Assembly: GCA_951406725.2 (NCBI GenBank)
Contig: OX597816.1
Span: forward strand, 134,168,001 to 134,232,000
Length of the DNA stretch: 64,000 nt
Reading direction: 5' to 3'
From: Octopus vulgaris
Lineage: Eukaryota
Shown: positions 26,641 through 39,944 of the stretch, piece after piece
How positions within the stretch are numbered: position 1 is the stretch's first letter
Layout of the letters: every line of letters starts with the position of its first letter
Position numbers and translations under genes: made by a program
Notes under the pieces: generated by a model
Told to the model about the DNA's origin: nothing
What the model saw: the letters and a program-made list of their open reading frames with translations, nothing else
Database searches by the model: none

Positions 26641-27069
26641 CAAGTCTTGAAAAAAAAAGCATGAATATCATGGCCTTAAGCTTAGTAAAAGAAATCAAGA
26701 AGATGTAAAGAGTACTATAGAGTCTACAATTTCTGGTCATTTTTAAAGCACTGAGTCTGCTAACTACTCATTTAAAAAAAAAAGATAATGAACTGCAGAA
26801 GATAGCGAAGATGGACTGATAGATGTTGTGAGGAGAAATGGGATGAGACATTTGGGTCATGTGCTGAGAAAGGATGAAAATGATAGTATGAAATAACTGT
26901 AGAAGGAAGTAAAAAAAAGGAAAGAGTGGTGAGGAAGAATAAAGATATGTCTAAAGGTCATGGCAGAGGAAATGGGGACAAGGGGATTAGTAAAGTGGTA
27001 TCCAGAGGTTAGGGTGAAATGGAAATCTGCAAGGTAAAACACTGATTTAGCATGAAAATGGTCTTTGAA

Positions 27070-27776
27070 TAGTATTGTTGTGGCCATATCAATGTGGTTG
27101 TTCTCTAAGAGACAATGAGACTACCATTTAGCCCCAGGAAGACAGCTCCAGCTGGTTTCTTCAGAGCACTTCTTACACTCGATATTTATTGCAAGCAAGA
27201 GATAATTCCTGTCACCCTAGCTCTGAACCCACCAGACTATGTGGCTTAAATCTGTATTGGATCCCCTCAGTGGTGAATGCTGGTCCATCAGGAATTGTAG
27301 CAGGTAAACCTCACTTGCAATATATAGAAAATACAGTGTCATATGATCACTGATTTTGTAACTAGGAAACTAGTCTGTTAGAAAATCTTTGTTTGAGATA
27401 GAAGCAGTATATGAGCCAAAATGTATTGATTATGTCCACTTTAATGTGACTGTCCTCTAAGAGACGTTGATACTGCCATTTAACCCCAGGAAGACATTTC
27501 ATCCAGTTGGTTTATTCAGTGTGCTTCTCACACTCAATATTTATTGCAAGCAGAAGATAACTCCTGCCACCCTAACTCTGAGACCACTAGACTACGTGGC
27601 TTAAATCTGTATTGGATCTCCTCAGTGATGGGTACTCATTCACCAGGCATGGCAGCAGTTTAACCTTGCTTGAAATATAAAGAAAATACAGCGTCTTACA
27701 ATCACTGATATTTCTGTTCAAAATAGAAACAATATATGAACCAAAAAGTATTGTTTATGACCACTTAAATGTGGTT
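27070..27776 (-). repeat. Tandem repeat of two ~350-bp units with a hammerhead-like motif
   Basis: 27070-27425 and 27425-27776 align throughout (for example GTGGCTTAAATCTGTATTGGATC and CCCCAGGAAGACA in both). The junction motif TATTG..A/GTG.CCA...AATGTG occurs three times. Confidence 0.88.
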
Positions 27777-28151
27777 TTAAAATACTACTACTAGTAATAG
27801 TAGTAGCAGCTGCACTTGTTGTCTTTTCTGTTTACAAGTCAGTCCTTATAGAACAGACTTATGATCAAAAGTGTTCCAGCTGTGACCAGCTTATCTTATT
27901 TTCTGGTGTACATAGCTATGACTACATTATCCAATATGTCCATCCTTTAAAGGACAGTTCGAGTGGGATGAGTGATAATTGCCTGCTATTTCTGCTACTT
28001 CAAGAGGTTGAAGCAATTGCACTGAGGTTCATACAGTGGTTTGTGTAGAAACTTCCTTATTGGCATGTGTAGAACTTCTCTCATTAGTTTATATATGATC
28101 TGTTTGATGTGCTTCATGAAGCTCAGAAAATGTGCAGGAAATAACTATCGT

Positions 28152-29806
28152 TCAACTATGGTAGTGGTTGAATATATTCTTAAGTCCACCATTTCGTCAA
28201 TCGCAGCAGCTTCCAAGCTTCACCACTAATTCAGTTCTCAACTAAATTGCAAACTGTTAACAGTTTTAAAGAGGACGCCTCCTCAGCTACACTTTAGCAT
28301 AAATAGTTTGAGATTTGGTTCAGTAGAAAAAAGTTACATCAAAATATGTCAGACCTCAAGTGGGCAGTAAGGCAGATATTCATCTTCAATAAACATAATT
28401 TTTTAAATTTTAAATTAAAAGTATATTTTTGTTCGGCTTAAATGATAGAAAAATGCATGAGGAATTCAGAATCATGAAACTCAGCTTTTGACTTACTTTC
28501 TAACTTCTGTCAATGATATATATATACATATTACATATGTGTGTAAAAAAATCTCATCATGCAATCGAACCAATGATAGAGCCTCTACCTGGTTGCTCAA
28601 CACCCCAAAAACAGCAGCCAAAGTATCTCCCTACCTAAATCACACGCCCATTGTATGTAATGTCCTACATTATCCCTAAAAAGATAGTTTGCTGAAGGCT
28701 GGAATGTCTTTGATGACAGGTTTGCAGTATCAGGTATGATTTGAGGCTAAATGATAACATTATGGTAAATTTCTATATTAACACCAGCAAGATTTTCACT
28801 AAGAAAAAAAAAACAAAAAATCTGATTTTTTGCATGGAATCAAGTACTCTGACCTCCTAATATGCTGCAAATCCCTTATTTTGGTTTAGAAAAAAGGAAT
28901 TGGGGGAAGTTCCCCGCCCTCGAATCATTGGAATTTTTTTTTTCATTGAATGAATTCCTGTGACCTCCTAATATTGCAAAATTAGGTTACTTAAGGTGAG
29001 CCTGGTTACTGATGGTTTTGGGGCCTTGTTGTTTGTAACTTTTGGTGAGCCATGATGCAACCAACGACATGGTAAAAATCCCTGCCATTAATTTGGTGTG
29101 GATGGGTAATATCAAATAATTCAATCACAACATCTGTTTAAATTAAGCATGAAAAAAATTGAAATATTATCATCACTTACATGGAAAAATTGAAATATTA
29201 TCTTTCAGTATTTTGTAAGATAGAATCTTAAATTATTAAGTAACACATTGTTAATTATCTTATAACAGCAATGCCTGGAAAAATCATGGATTACATGGAA
29301 AAATGCGAGCATGAAAAGTAATATTCTTAAGATTATAAACCTGGAAAAGTATAGGGCAAGTTAATACATCTGTAAAAGTATAGAACAAGCTATTACTTCA
29401 AGTAAAGAATAAGAAACTTTTTTCTTAAAATATTGCAGCTAAAATTAAAATTTGAATATCAAAAATTATTTTATTATAGTTTACAAATAACACTATACTT
29501 ATTTAAATAGAATTTGGCTAATTTACTACCTTAAATACAGAAAAAAGTGACTAATTAAATAAACTTACAAATTAGCTGAACAGTTTTGTACAATAAATTT
29601 CGAAAATGAGAACTGTAAAGAGTGATAAATTAGAAGAACTGGCATTCTTTGCTGCAATATTTTAACTAACAAGTTTCTTATTCTTATTATTTACTAGAAG
29701 CAATAGCTTGTCCTATACTTTTACAGGTGTAATAACTTGTCCTATACTTTTCCAGGTTTATAATCTTAAGAGTATGACTTTTCATGCTTGCATTTTTCCA
29801 TGTAAT
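28152..29806 (+). repeat. Local duplication, copy 2 (with a longer intervening stretch containing family F and MITE-like sequence)
   Basis: See 22444-23530. Confidence 0.9.
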
Positions 29807-29821
29807 AACATAAATGTTTAA

Positions 29822-30042
29822 CCCTTTAGCATTTAAACCAGCTATATCTGACCCAAATATTTTACTTGTTCTATGTTTTAACCAGCCAGGTCCAGCCTAT
29901 CACACCTACCCTACAATGTCATTCTAAAAAATAAACAATCAGATCATCAATATCTTGAAGCTGTGAGAAAATGCATGATTAATTTAAAACAATGTGAATA
30001 AATAGGCATAACGTTTGGTAGAGTAATCTCGATGTTAAAGCG
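29822..30042 (-). mobile_element. TTAA-flanked piggyBac-type MITE (family D)
   Basis: TTAA|CCCTTTAGC...GTTAAAGCG|TTAA. Confidence 0.88.
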
Positions 30043-31017
30043 TTAAGGTAAATTACTAAGTAAATGCATGTTGGATGGAGATGTAACAACAGGCTTAGAA
30101 CATTTGAAATGATGATTGTTAGAATTTAGACTAAGGATGGAGCATTGGTGAGATGAAATTTATAAGTTAGGCAGATAGAAAAATATTCTGCCATGCTAAT
30201 AACACAAGTGCATACACACACACATAATTTCACCAGTATAATATGTATATGTGTGCATGCATGTGTGTGTTTATCATATACACAGAACAGAGTAGTCAGC
30301 TAACAACACCTTTTGTCTGAAGATTTTCTGAAGAAAGAGCCCTAACTCTGAAGTATTGAAATACCATGTACAAGTACAAACCATCAACCTGCATTATTAA
30401 TTTTTATATCTTGTATTGCTTTGGTTTTAAAAAAATTATTAAAAACGTGTGTGTGTGTGTGCGTGTGCATGTATGCGTGTGCATGCATGTGTGTGTGTGT
30501 GTGTGTGTAAAACATCTATTGAATCACAGCCTGTATGCAATCACTCAACTGTAACATACACTTCTATTTATTTCTTAATAGTATTTGTCTACTATGAAGC
30601 ATGAAAATCTTTTGTTGCCCCTGATTAGTGACACAATTTTCTTTGAGATGTAGCGGGGGAAATTGTGTCACTAACAAGGACAAGACCTTTTTACACTTCA
30701 AAATAGATAATGCTATTAAAAAAAATGTGAATATGTAAAACTGAACGTAAAAGCTTAAAGGGTTAAAATAATTCATCTATGATGTAATTATACACAGGCA
30801 TGTGTGTGCATGCACACACATACACACACAAGCAAGCTTCACTGAATGAATGTTACCATTGAAGAATAACTGGGTTCAGATAAGTTCAAAGGAGAGAAAA
30901 AAAAAAGGCAAAATTGAAATTAGCTGTGGCATGAAAGAGAACTGGCACAAACATGTGATGCATAAGTAAGAAGTTAGTTGGGTGATGAAGGGGCAATGAA
31001 TCTAAGTTAAAGGAGGT

Positions 31018-31320
31018 TATAATAATAATAATAATAATGAAATTATTGTATACAGTGCTCAGGTGCACCACAACTTGTCAAAAGTGCGTATAAAGCATAT
31101 GCAGTAATGTACAAATGTCTGAGAAGTGAACAGTGTATGAGTCATACATGCTTGCGTGTGTATGGAGGGGAGAAAATCAGGTGTAGTGTTGGCGAATCTC
31201 AGAAAGCATGGAAGTTTTGAAGGATGCAGTGCTCCGACAACTAACAACTGATGCCAGCAGTTTGTTCCATGCTTCAGCAACTCTCAGCATGAAAAAATGT
31301 TTCCTAAAGTCATGGGAGTT
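31018..31320 (-). mobile_element. CR1-clade LINE, 5'-truncated 3' end
   Basis: ORF 31177-31467 ends SHDFRKHFFMLRVAEAWNKLLASVVSCRSTASFK, the CR1 ORF2 C-terminal motif R..FF..RV...WN.LP..VV...S...FK. It is followed by a 3' UTR and a (TTA)n tail. Confidence 0.85.
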
Positions 31321-31651
31321 TGAAAAGGTGCTCAGAGTTATTGTTTGTAAGATGGTTAAGAGAGAAAGACTGAGGAAATGGTGAAGGCTGATTTTTGAAT
31401 GCTGAACTTCATGAAGATGACAAGAAACTACAAATAGTAAGAGGAGTAGTGGAGAAAAACCATGCAATCAATGTCAGCATGAGAAAATGGATATAATATG
31501 GTGACAGTCATGATGATAATGGTGATGGTGGTGATGGTGATGGTGGTGTGGTGGTGGTAATAATGGTGATGATAATTAGAGAATAGCTTGATGAGGATGA
31601 AACGATTAGCATTTAGTAATGTAGCATTAGTATTTAGTAATGTAAGTTTAA

Positions 31652-32172
31652 TTAAACCTTTAGCATTAAGATTACTCTGTCAAATGTAAAGCTTATATGC
31701 ATATTGTTCTTAATTAACATGTTAAATGCCAAATGTAACACCAGTGGTTCATCACAAACTTCACACAACTGCCATGTGCACCACCTGTGCTACATTTTCA
31801 TAATTTGAGAAAGTATTTTATTCTGTATCTTTGACACGGTTTGGAGGATATTGAAATAACATGAATGCTAAATATTAAAGTGTATGAAATATTGTAAAAA
31901 TACTAAAAAGAATTACATTTCCTTGTAATTAAATAACATACAGTGTGACAGGAAATATTTAGCATCACTGTGAAGTTCTAGTAATGAGAGGCTGTAGTGG
32001 TTAACATATTAATCATGCATTATCTCATAACTTTAAGATTTCAATGATATGATTGTTTATTTTTAGAATAACATTGTAGGCTAGGTGCAAAAGGCCAAAT
32101 CTGGCCAGTTTCAACATAAAACAGGTAGAATATTTGGATCAGATATGGCTTGTTTAAATGCTAAAGTGTTAA
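31652..32172 (+). mobile_element. Family D MITE split by a second TTAA-flanked element (31718-32008)
   Basis: Family D left part at 31652-31717 and right part at 32009-32172. The insert is bounded by TTAA|CATGTTAA...TTAACATA|TTAA. Confidence 0.8.
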
Positions 32173-33988
32173 GGGCAAAATTTTTGTATTGAATATCAAG
32201 TGTTGATACAGAGTAGGAGTGATAATTGAAGGAAAAGTAAGAACATTGTGAGATACGGGTGGAGGATCAAGAGAAGTCTTAGTTTACCAGTAGGTCAGTA
32301 ATTGTAATATTGGTGAGTGAGAGCTTGCCTGTGAGTTAGTACATGCATGAGTGAGTAGCAGGTGCAACATCTCAAGTAAATAATAGGTACTGTGATGTTG
32401 CAATGTAGTGGGTATTTGTACCCTGTAGAAGGTTGCTGAATATTTATTTGGGGATTGGAGAATGATTTACTTCTTGGTTCTTGAGAGGTATTTCTGCTTT
32501 TGTGATGCCATCTTAGCTATGGTTATATCGTTGGTCACTATGAAAGGTCATCAAAACTATTACAAACAAAATATATCACCATCCACGCATTATGTCTGTT
32601 TTAATAAATATGAAGTCTATGTTTATTATGCTCGGTATCTACTATAGCTTCGAGGCTCTATAGGGCCAAGAAAAATTATGGCGATGGAAATGGTAGCATT
32701 GGATTTGGGGATAATGATTATGATGGAATAAATACAATCTTATTTGATGATGATCATAAGATAAACATGTCATCTTTTGATGTTCTGCCATAAATTATCT
32801 TCCGGAAGAGCTGTTCATCCTAATCATGAAATTGACTTTATCAATTATAACTGTAATTTTTCGGCCTTATAAAGCCATATAATTTTAATTATATATTTAA
32901 CTATTCAGTTTCTAAGTGTCAATTCTCAAATATTTCATAATTTCATTTTTATATGAACATGCTGACAGCATCTTTTACATATTCTTTTAGCTTCTTCAAG
33001 TTTAATCTGAGAGCATAAATGCTGTCATGGGTGTAATACATAAAACAAGTCTAAGAGAGATAAATTTTAAATGACTTTCAAATAGATCTGGGTTCTTTTT
33101 TCTAATAAACTTAACCAAATTGATGTGAATAAATAAATAAATAGATTATTGCTTTCTCTTCTATATAACTTTATTTTTTTTTACGGCAAAGGAAAAATTA
33201 AAAACATTAAATAGGCTGAACACAAAGGATTTAATTCAGTTCCAATGAGTGCCAACAAAGATCTTGTTTATATATTCTTTTCCAAGATGACCTTAGAATG
33301 AAGTTTATTTCTTAGACTATTTCTTTAAAAGCATTGCTAATACACTTCACTTGGTATTTTCTCCAATAAGTTTCAAGTAGTATTTCTGAGCAAGGCTATG
33401 GATTAAACCTAGAAACTTCATTTCACCAGCTGGAGTTTTTATTCTAATCACTTACTTATTGATTCAGAGAACAGAAGCCTCGCTGTTTAAGGTGTTTAAA
33501 CATTAGACTGATGCATTTGTGTACACATTTTGATATTTTAGGGAATATAAAGATAAATACATAAACACCTTAAAATGACAACACTAATATCCTCTAAAAC
33601 CACAAATCAGTTGTTAGACCATCAGAATAATAGTTCTTAGTATAACCCCTGGCTTATCTTAGGAATAACACTTAACTGATTGAAGAGATCATCAATCAAA
33701 ACTGTGTCTAAGACACATACAAGATGAGGAAATAGTTTGAAAAACAGACATCAATGTCTTTTCTTATTTTAAAAACTGGTAAAATAAATTTCATCATGAT
33801 AATTTTTACAAAAATGACCATGTCCTAAGTACAAAGATTTAATTATTAAAGAATAAGATTTAGTAGATTATGTTTGCGTGGTAAGGTCTCATAGAAGTCA
33901 ACAACCCAGTAGGAACTGTTTCATTTATGTCACCAATACTCTTGAGAAAGGTATGAAATGAATGCTAGGAGTGCTGATTTAATTATTA

Positions 33989-34398
33989 TAGGTGGAGGTG
34001 TGGCTGTGTGGTAAGAAGCTTGCTTTCCAACCACATGGTTCTGGGTTCTGTCTCACTGTGTGACACCTTGGGCAAGTGTCTATTACTATAGTTTTGGGCC
34101 GACCAAAGCCTTGTAAATGGATTTGGTAGATGGAAACTGAAAGAAGACCATTGTATATATATATACATACATCTATGTGTGTGTGTGTCACTGTGTCTGT
34201 GTTTGTTTCCCCCATCACTGCTTGACAACCAGTGTTGGTGTGTTTATGTCCCTCTAATTTAGCATTTTCACAAGGGAGACTGCTATAATAAATACTAGGG
34301 TTAAAAAAAGTCCTGGGGTTAATTCATTTGACTAAAACCCTTCAAGATAGTGCTCCAGCATGGCTGCAGTTAAACGACTGAAACAAGTAAAAGAATAA
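33989..34398 (+). mobile_element. SINE family A
   Basis: Full head, CCTTGGGCAAGTG centre and GAAACAAGTAAAAGA tail. Confidence 0.92.
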
Positions 34399-36314
34399 GT
34401 TCATTTATCACCATATTGAGGTGGTAAATCAGCAAGGACTCAAATCCACAATTCAAGATTATATTTCCTGTAACATTTGCTTCATTGAATATTATTGAAT
34501 AAGACATTGATGTCACAAACTCTCATTTCCGTTTCATAATAAAATCTTAGTCATTAATCATCAAACAGGTCACACTGAGTGTTAAATAAGAAAAAGAAGA
34601 ATAACATAACATGTCACGAAATAAACTTACACAATACATTTTCATCTTAGTAATAATAATATAGGAAGAAACCAATCCTTATTTAAATAAAAGAAATTGA
34701 TTCTAGAAGAAAACAAAATCGTTATGTTACATTGATCTCTTACAAAAGTACAAGGCCTCAAATGTCTGTTAAACGGATGTTGTAATCTTTATGTCCTTCT
34801 TAAAATTGTTAGTTATGTAAATGAAATCAAACAGTTTCAACTCAGAATTGAAAGAGGCCTGTGGACAGGCTGAGAGCTAAATTCACTTCATATTTGCTAT
34901 ATAAATGAGGGTGCATATTGACAAGCAGCAAAAATATGCATTTTGTATGTTGTCTATGACACACTGTGTTCTGTTCAAGACACTTAAATCTCAGTCACCC
35001 TGTCTGCCAAGCTGTAAGTAGGTAACACAGTGTAGGATAACTCACAAAACTTCTAACAGCTCATAGTTCTGAAGTTGGAACCTCATGTAGTTTGAGGAAA
35101 TGATAGGGGTGCTGGCAATTGTACTTTATAATTGAATTTATCATCACCAGAATTGAATAAATGTCTCATATATCTTTCTAACGTATATAGGAACGCTCAT
35201 TATTCATGTTGATTCCAAATTTAGTGACATTATTCAAAAGAAAATTTAAAACCAAACACTTTTGTCCTTTGGATTCTTATCTTTATTGTGTGAAGTGATT
35301 TGAGCTTTTATATCAATAGTTAGGAATTTGGGATTCAAAAAGGACAATATTAATAAGCTACATTGAAAAAGTTGTTAAATGATGAGCAGCAATATCTTCA
35401 GTATGAACACCAATAAATATCCCAAACCCTAGCTTGTTATGAATTTGTAAATAAACAAATAAAATCATATGAAGTACATGTTACATTGTTTTTGCTCCAG
35501 AGTGTGAGGTGTAGTTTTTGAGGTGAAATTAATCATTTACAAGTTATGGTGTAGTGGCAGGCACAGGTGTGAATGAAAAAAAGGTGTGGTATTTTATGTG
35601 GAAGTGGTATGCTTATGAGGTAAAGTGTGTACATTATATAATGTTATGACGTATTTATGACAGTAGTCTCTCGTGACTTTGTGGCAATTGTTGTTGGTTA
35701 ATAGTGTGAGAAATTGTTTGTCTGTACATGTGTGGATATTCACGTAGGTGTGTGATTTTCCTTAAAATGCATCAAAATGGAAAATACCATATAAAGTCAG
35801 TGAAATGAGTAAAACAAAAACAACAACAACAAAAAAAAAAGAGAAAAGAAAATGAAAATTTTCACCATATTCTACGTAAGCTTCTTTTTAATCACTTGAA
35901 TTAGTCAAATCTCAGTAAGAAAGCCTTTGGTATTTAAAATAGGAACCACATGTCATAGAATAGTAAAACACATACATCTACAATAAGAACAGATGAACAA
36001 ACCAGTTACAAAGTAGAATTTGATAACAATGAGGTTTGAGCCCAACTTACAACATGAGAGAAAGTTAAAAACTTGAATTGAAGAAAACTAATGGTAACCC
36101 ATTTCAGCAAAAATCAATTCAGTGAATGTGTGTGCTTTGAAAAGTGAATTTTGATATTTTAAATAGTCAGTAAGAGGAGATAATATATTGGGGGAAAACT
36201 GGAAGAGATCATGGGTGAAGTAAGAAGAAGGAGCTTAAGGTCATCATACTTAATGTATTGAGGCAAAAAATGGAAAACAAAGTATTAAATCATTGACCAA
36301 TATTAATTTAATAT

Positions 36315-37060
36315 AAGGTGGTGAGCAGCCTGAATTGCTAGCATTCCAGACAAAATATTGCTAAGCATTTTATCTGTTTTTACGTTCTGAGTTCAAATTC
36401 CACAGAGAGTGACTTTGACTTTCATCTATTCATAGTCAATATAATCGACTTACACTCTCCCACAAAATTCCTGACTTGTGCCAAAATTTGAAATCAATAT
36501 TAATTTAATCTCATCTGTATAAGTATACAGGTGACAAATCTAGATATGCTTTCAACTAACGAGATCTCCTCAGTGAAGAACAGCCTTCTTCTCTATACCT
36601 ATCAGATTGTAGATAAGAGAATCATAATATTGATGTACAATAATTTTTTTTTTCTACTATAGGCATGAAGCCTGAAAGTTTTACAAGAGGGGCTAGTCAA
36701 TTACATTGACCCAGTACTCGAATGGTATTTATTTTATCAACCTGAAAGGAGGAAAAGTGAAGCCAGCCTTGGTGACATTTGAGATCAGAATATAAAGCCA
36801 GAAGAAATGCTAAGTATTTTGTTTGACATGCCAACAGTTCTGCCAGCTTGCCACCTTGATGTACAATAACTGTTTCTAATTTTGACACAAGGCCAGTAAT
36901 TTGAAGGGAGGAGGTTAGTCAATACCACCAACTCCAGTATTTGACGGATACTTAATTATATTGACCCCAGAGAGATGAAAGGCAAAGTTGACCATAGCAG
37001 GATTTGAACTCAGAATGTAAACATCCAGAGCAAAACCACAAAGCATTCCTTCCAATGCTC
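36315..37060. mobile_element. Cluster of three family B SINEs (+ 36315-36498; - 36650-36858; - 36870-37060)
   Basis: GTTCTGAGTTCAAATTCC on + strand; CAGCTTGCCACCTT and GATTTGAACTCAGAA on the - copies. Confidence 0.8.
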
Positions 37061-39944
37061 TTAAAATATTATTAATCACATAAGTACGCATCAAAATTTA
37101 TCATGATAATCGAGGTGAAATTACCTGGTGACAGCATCAGCATCTCACAAAAACAATAACAGTCAAGTTAGGGGCATCAATTTTAATAGAGTGAAGAAAA
37201 AAATCCAATTAAGTAATATTTATTATTAACCTAATGTTTTCTCTTTCTCCTCACTCATGAATAAGCATTATTAAGATATGGAAGTAATCATAGTACATTG
37301 TAATAAGCCAAGTTAAATATTAGAAAACTATCAAAGATCAAAAAAATAAGGTTCCATAATATTAATACCATCTCTTATGAGTGACAAAAAACAATATTTA
37401 TTAAAGTTATAGCTATTAATGCTAAATACAGTAGAATGGCAGAAAAAATAACGCACCAGACCAAATTGCAGTTTTTGGTTTCAGTCCCTCAATGTTCTGA
37501 GCTCAAATCATTCTAGTATTTATCAACAATGTAAATAACAGCCAAGCTCAGTTCAACTGATTAAAACTCCACTTTTGTTCCTCTGCATTAACAAGCTGCA
37601 TATTACCTTGAAGCAGAGAAGAGGCTGTGTACATCATATCTCTCCTGACAGCATTAGTAAAATAAAGCAAGTGAAAGGAAAAGCTGCAACCAAGAATCAA
37701 AATCTGGGAATGGTGTTGTCTGGTTGCTCGCACTGATTAAACTAATTGGCTACACTAATGCACATCAAATCAAGCAATTGTTGTGTTTCCTTCTCTTTTT
37801 CTTTTGAAAGTAGTCAATAAACCTTAAGTAAATTATACTGAGTTCAGATCCCAAAGGAATTAAAACTGTTTTCCATCACTTCGTGATAAATAGTATAAAC
37901 ATTAGCACATTCTGGGGTGTATGTTTAATTGGCTGTATCCCTTCCATACAAAACAATTGGTTTTGTGTTGCCTTGTCAACAGAAATCAATAATAACAGGG
38001 AGGATTTCTAATATATAGATTGTTTCTTTTGGGTTTAATGAGAAAGGAAATCAGTTGTTTTAATTTGTGCTGTTCCAACAAGTCCAACAGGTGGTAGCAT
38101 GAATAAGTCATAAACTTGTTTTACCAAAATATCACGACACCTGTACTTGAATTTATAATAATGATTTTTTTACACTGTCACAGGCTCAAATTAGAAGGAA
38201 AGGGATAGAGTCAACTGAACCTACCCAGGCATATACCTGTTAATTATTCTCATCAACTCTAATTGGGATGAAAGGCAAAGTCAGTTCTAGTAGATTTTGA
38301 AATTAGAACATAATAGGATGAAACTATATACTGCAAATGGATTTAGTACAGCACTTAAGCACTTTAAGGACAGCTGATTGCAGAGTTGGATTACCAAAAG
38401 CTTACAATTAAACTATGACAATTAGCACATGAAATTTTAGTAATAATTTCTTTCAACATGGCACAAGGTCACCTTTTGTAGGTGAATACCAATTGATTGA
38501 AATAACAACACCAGTAATGCTGGTAGTTAGTTTATCAACACAAGAAGGATTAAAACTAAATTGATTCTGGAATTGTTTAAACTGGTGAAACATCCATATT
38601 GGTACTGCATCAATTTTCCATCAAGCCTGTAATGAAGTCTTTGTGCAGTTGCTCACCCCCTATTATCTTAAAAATAGTTCAATATATTTGATAACTCACT
38701 TGTGAATATAATTTACCCAAAAGAAATATAGGATGGTCTAGGTTGGAATACTAATTGGATGATAAAAACTATACATCAAATGTAGGAAAATGAAAGTGAT
38801 GGTAGTGCATAAAATAAGAAACAAAATATTTCAAAGGATAAGTAGAATCCCAACAATATAAATATTTACACATATAAATAGACAACACAAAATAAAAAGC
38901 ACTCATGAAATAAACCCAAAAACTACTGAAAGACAAACAGAAAAGCTGGAAATCAAAACATTATCTTCTCACATTAAAGTCTAGCAGGGAATTTAAACAA
39001 CAAATGTAGACATAAGAATTTCACACATAAAATACAGAGAAACAACACCAAAATAACAAATATATGCTGTATAAATAAATAGCAAAAAATTTAAACCCAC
39101 TGCAATAGAACTAAAAAAATTTAATGGAACTATAAAATGCCTTTACAGAAAAAAAGGAAACAACAACACAAGACCTCTCATACCCCATTAGGGTTAAACT
39201 GACTAATCAATGGTGGAGGCCTCATAACATACATAAAATCATGCATCCTGTAGATACCACAAACAACCCTTGTTTATTAAGGGGTCAAGACAACAGAATA
39301 AAAATGCACGCATCCAAAATAAGACCTCAAAACAAAACACATTAGCATAATAAACATATATACCACCTGCATACTTACCAAACATTTCAGGGAACATACC
39401 ACAACTACAGCAGTGTAACACACTCCCAATCACTATCATTGGGGAGAATTCAATTCACATAATACCCTGGTACAAAAACAATATAGATAATACAAAAAGT
39501 GATATAATGTTGTCAGTACTGGACTCCCTTTACATCCTAAACTATCTATGCCAACACACCGACGCACTTCAATAAGCTGACTACAACTTCACCACAAACA
39601 TCATCACCTGCACTACACAAAAACACATGGTGAATTTTTTTTTTTTTTCAGTTTTCTTCTGTTTACCTGTCTACCATGATTACAACAAACTCACACACCA
39701 AAAAGCAAAAAGAGAAAAAGTAAAAACACCTTTATAAACTTGAAAAAAAAAGAAAAGAAAAAGAAAAGTAAAGACCACAGTGGAATTCTATCCACTAATA
39801 AACAGAATCAAGGTCTGTAGAACATAAAAAACAACATATCAATCACTGCACTGACAGCTCAACAAATTAATTATAGATGCTTCAGTGAAAAGAAAAGCTT
39901 ATCTCCCAAACAATTTTAGACACTAAATTACACAACTAATATAT

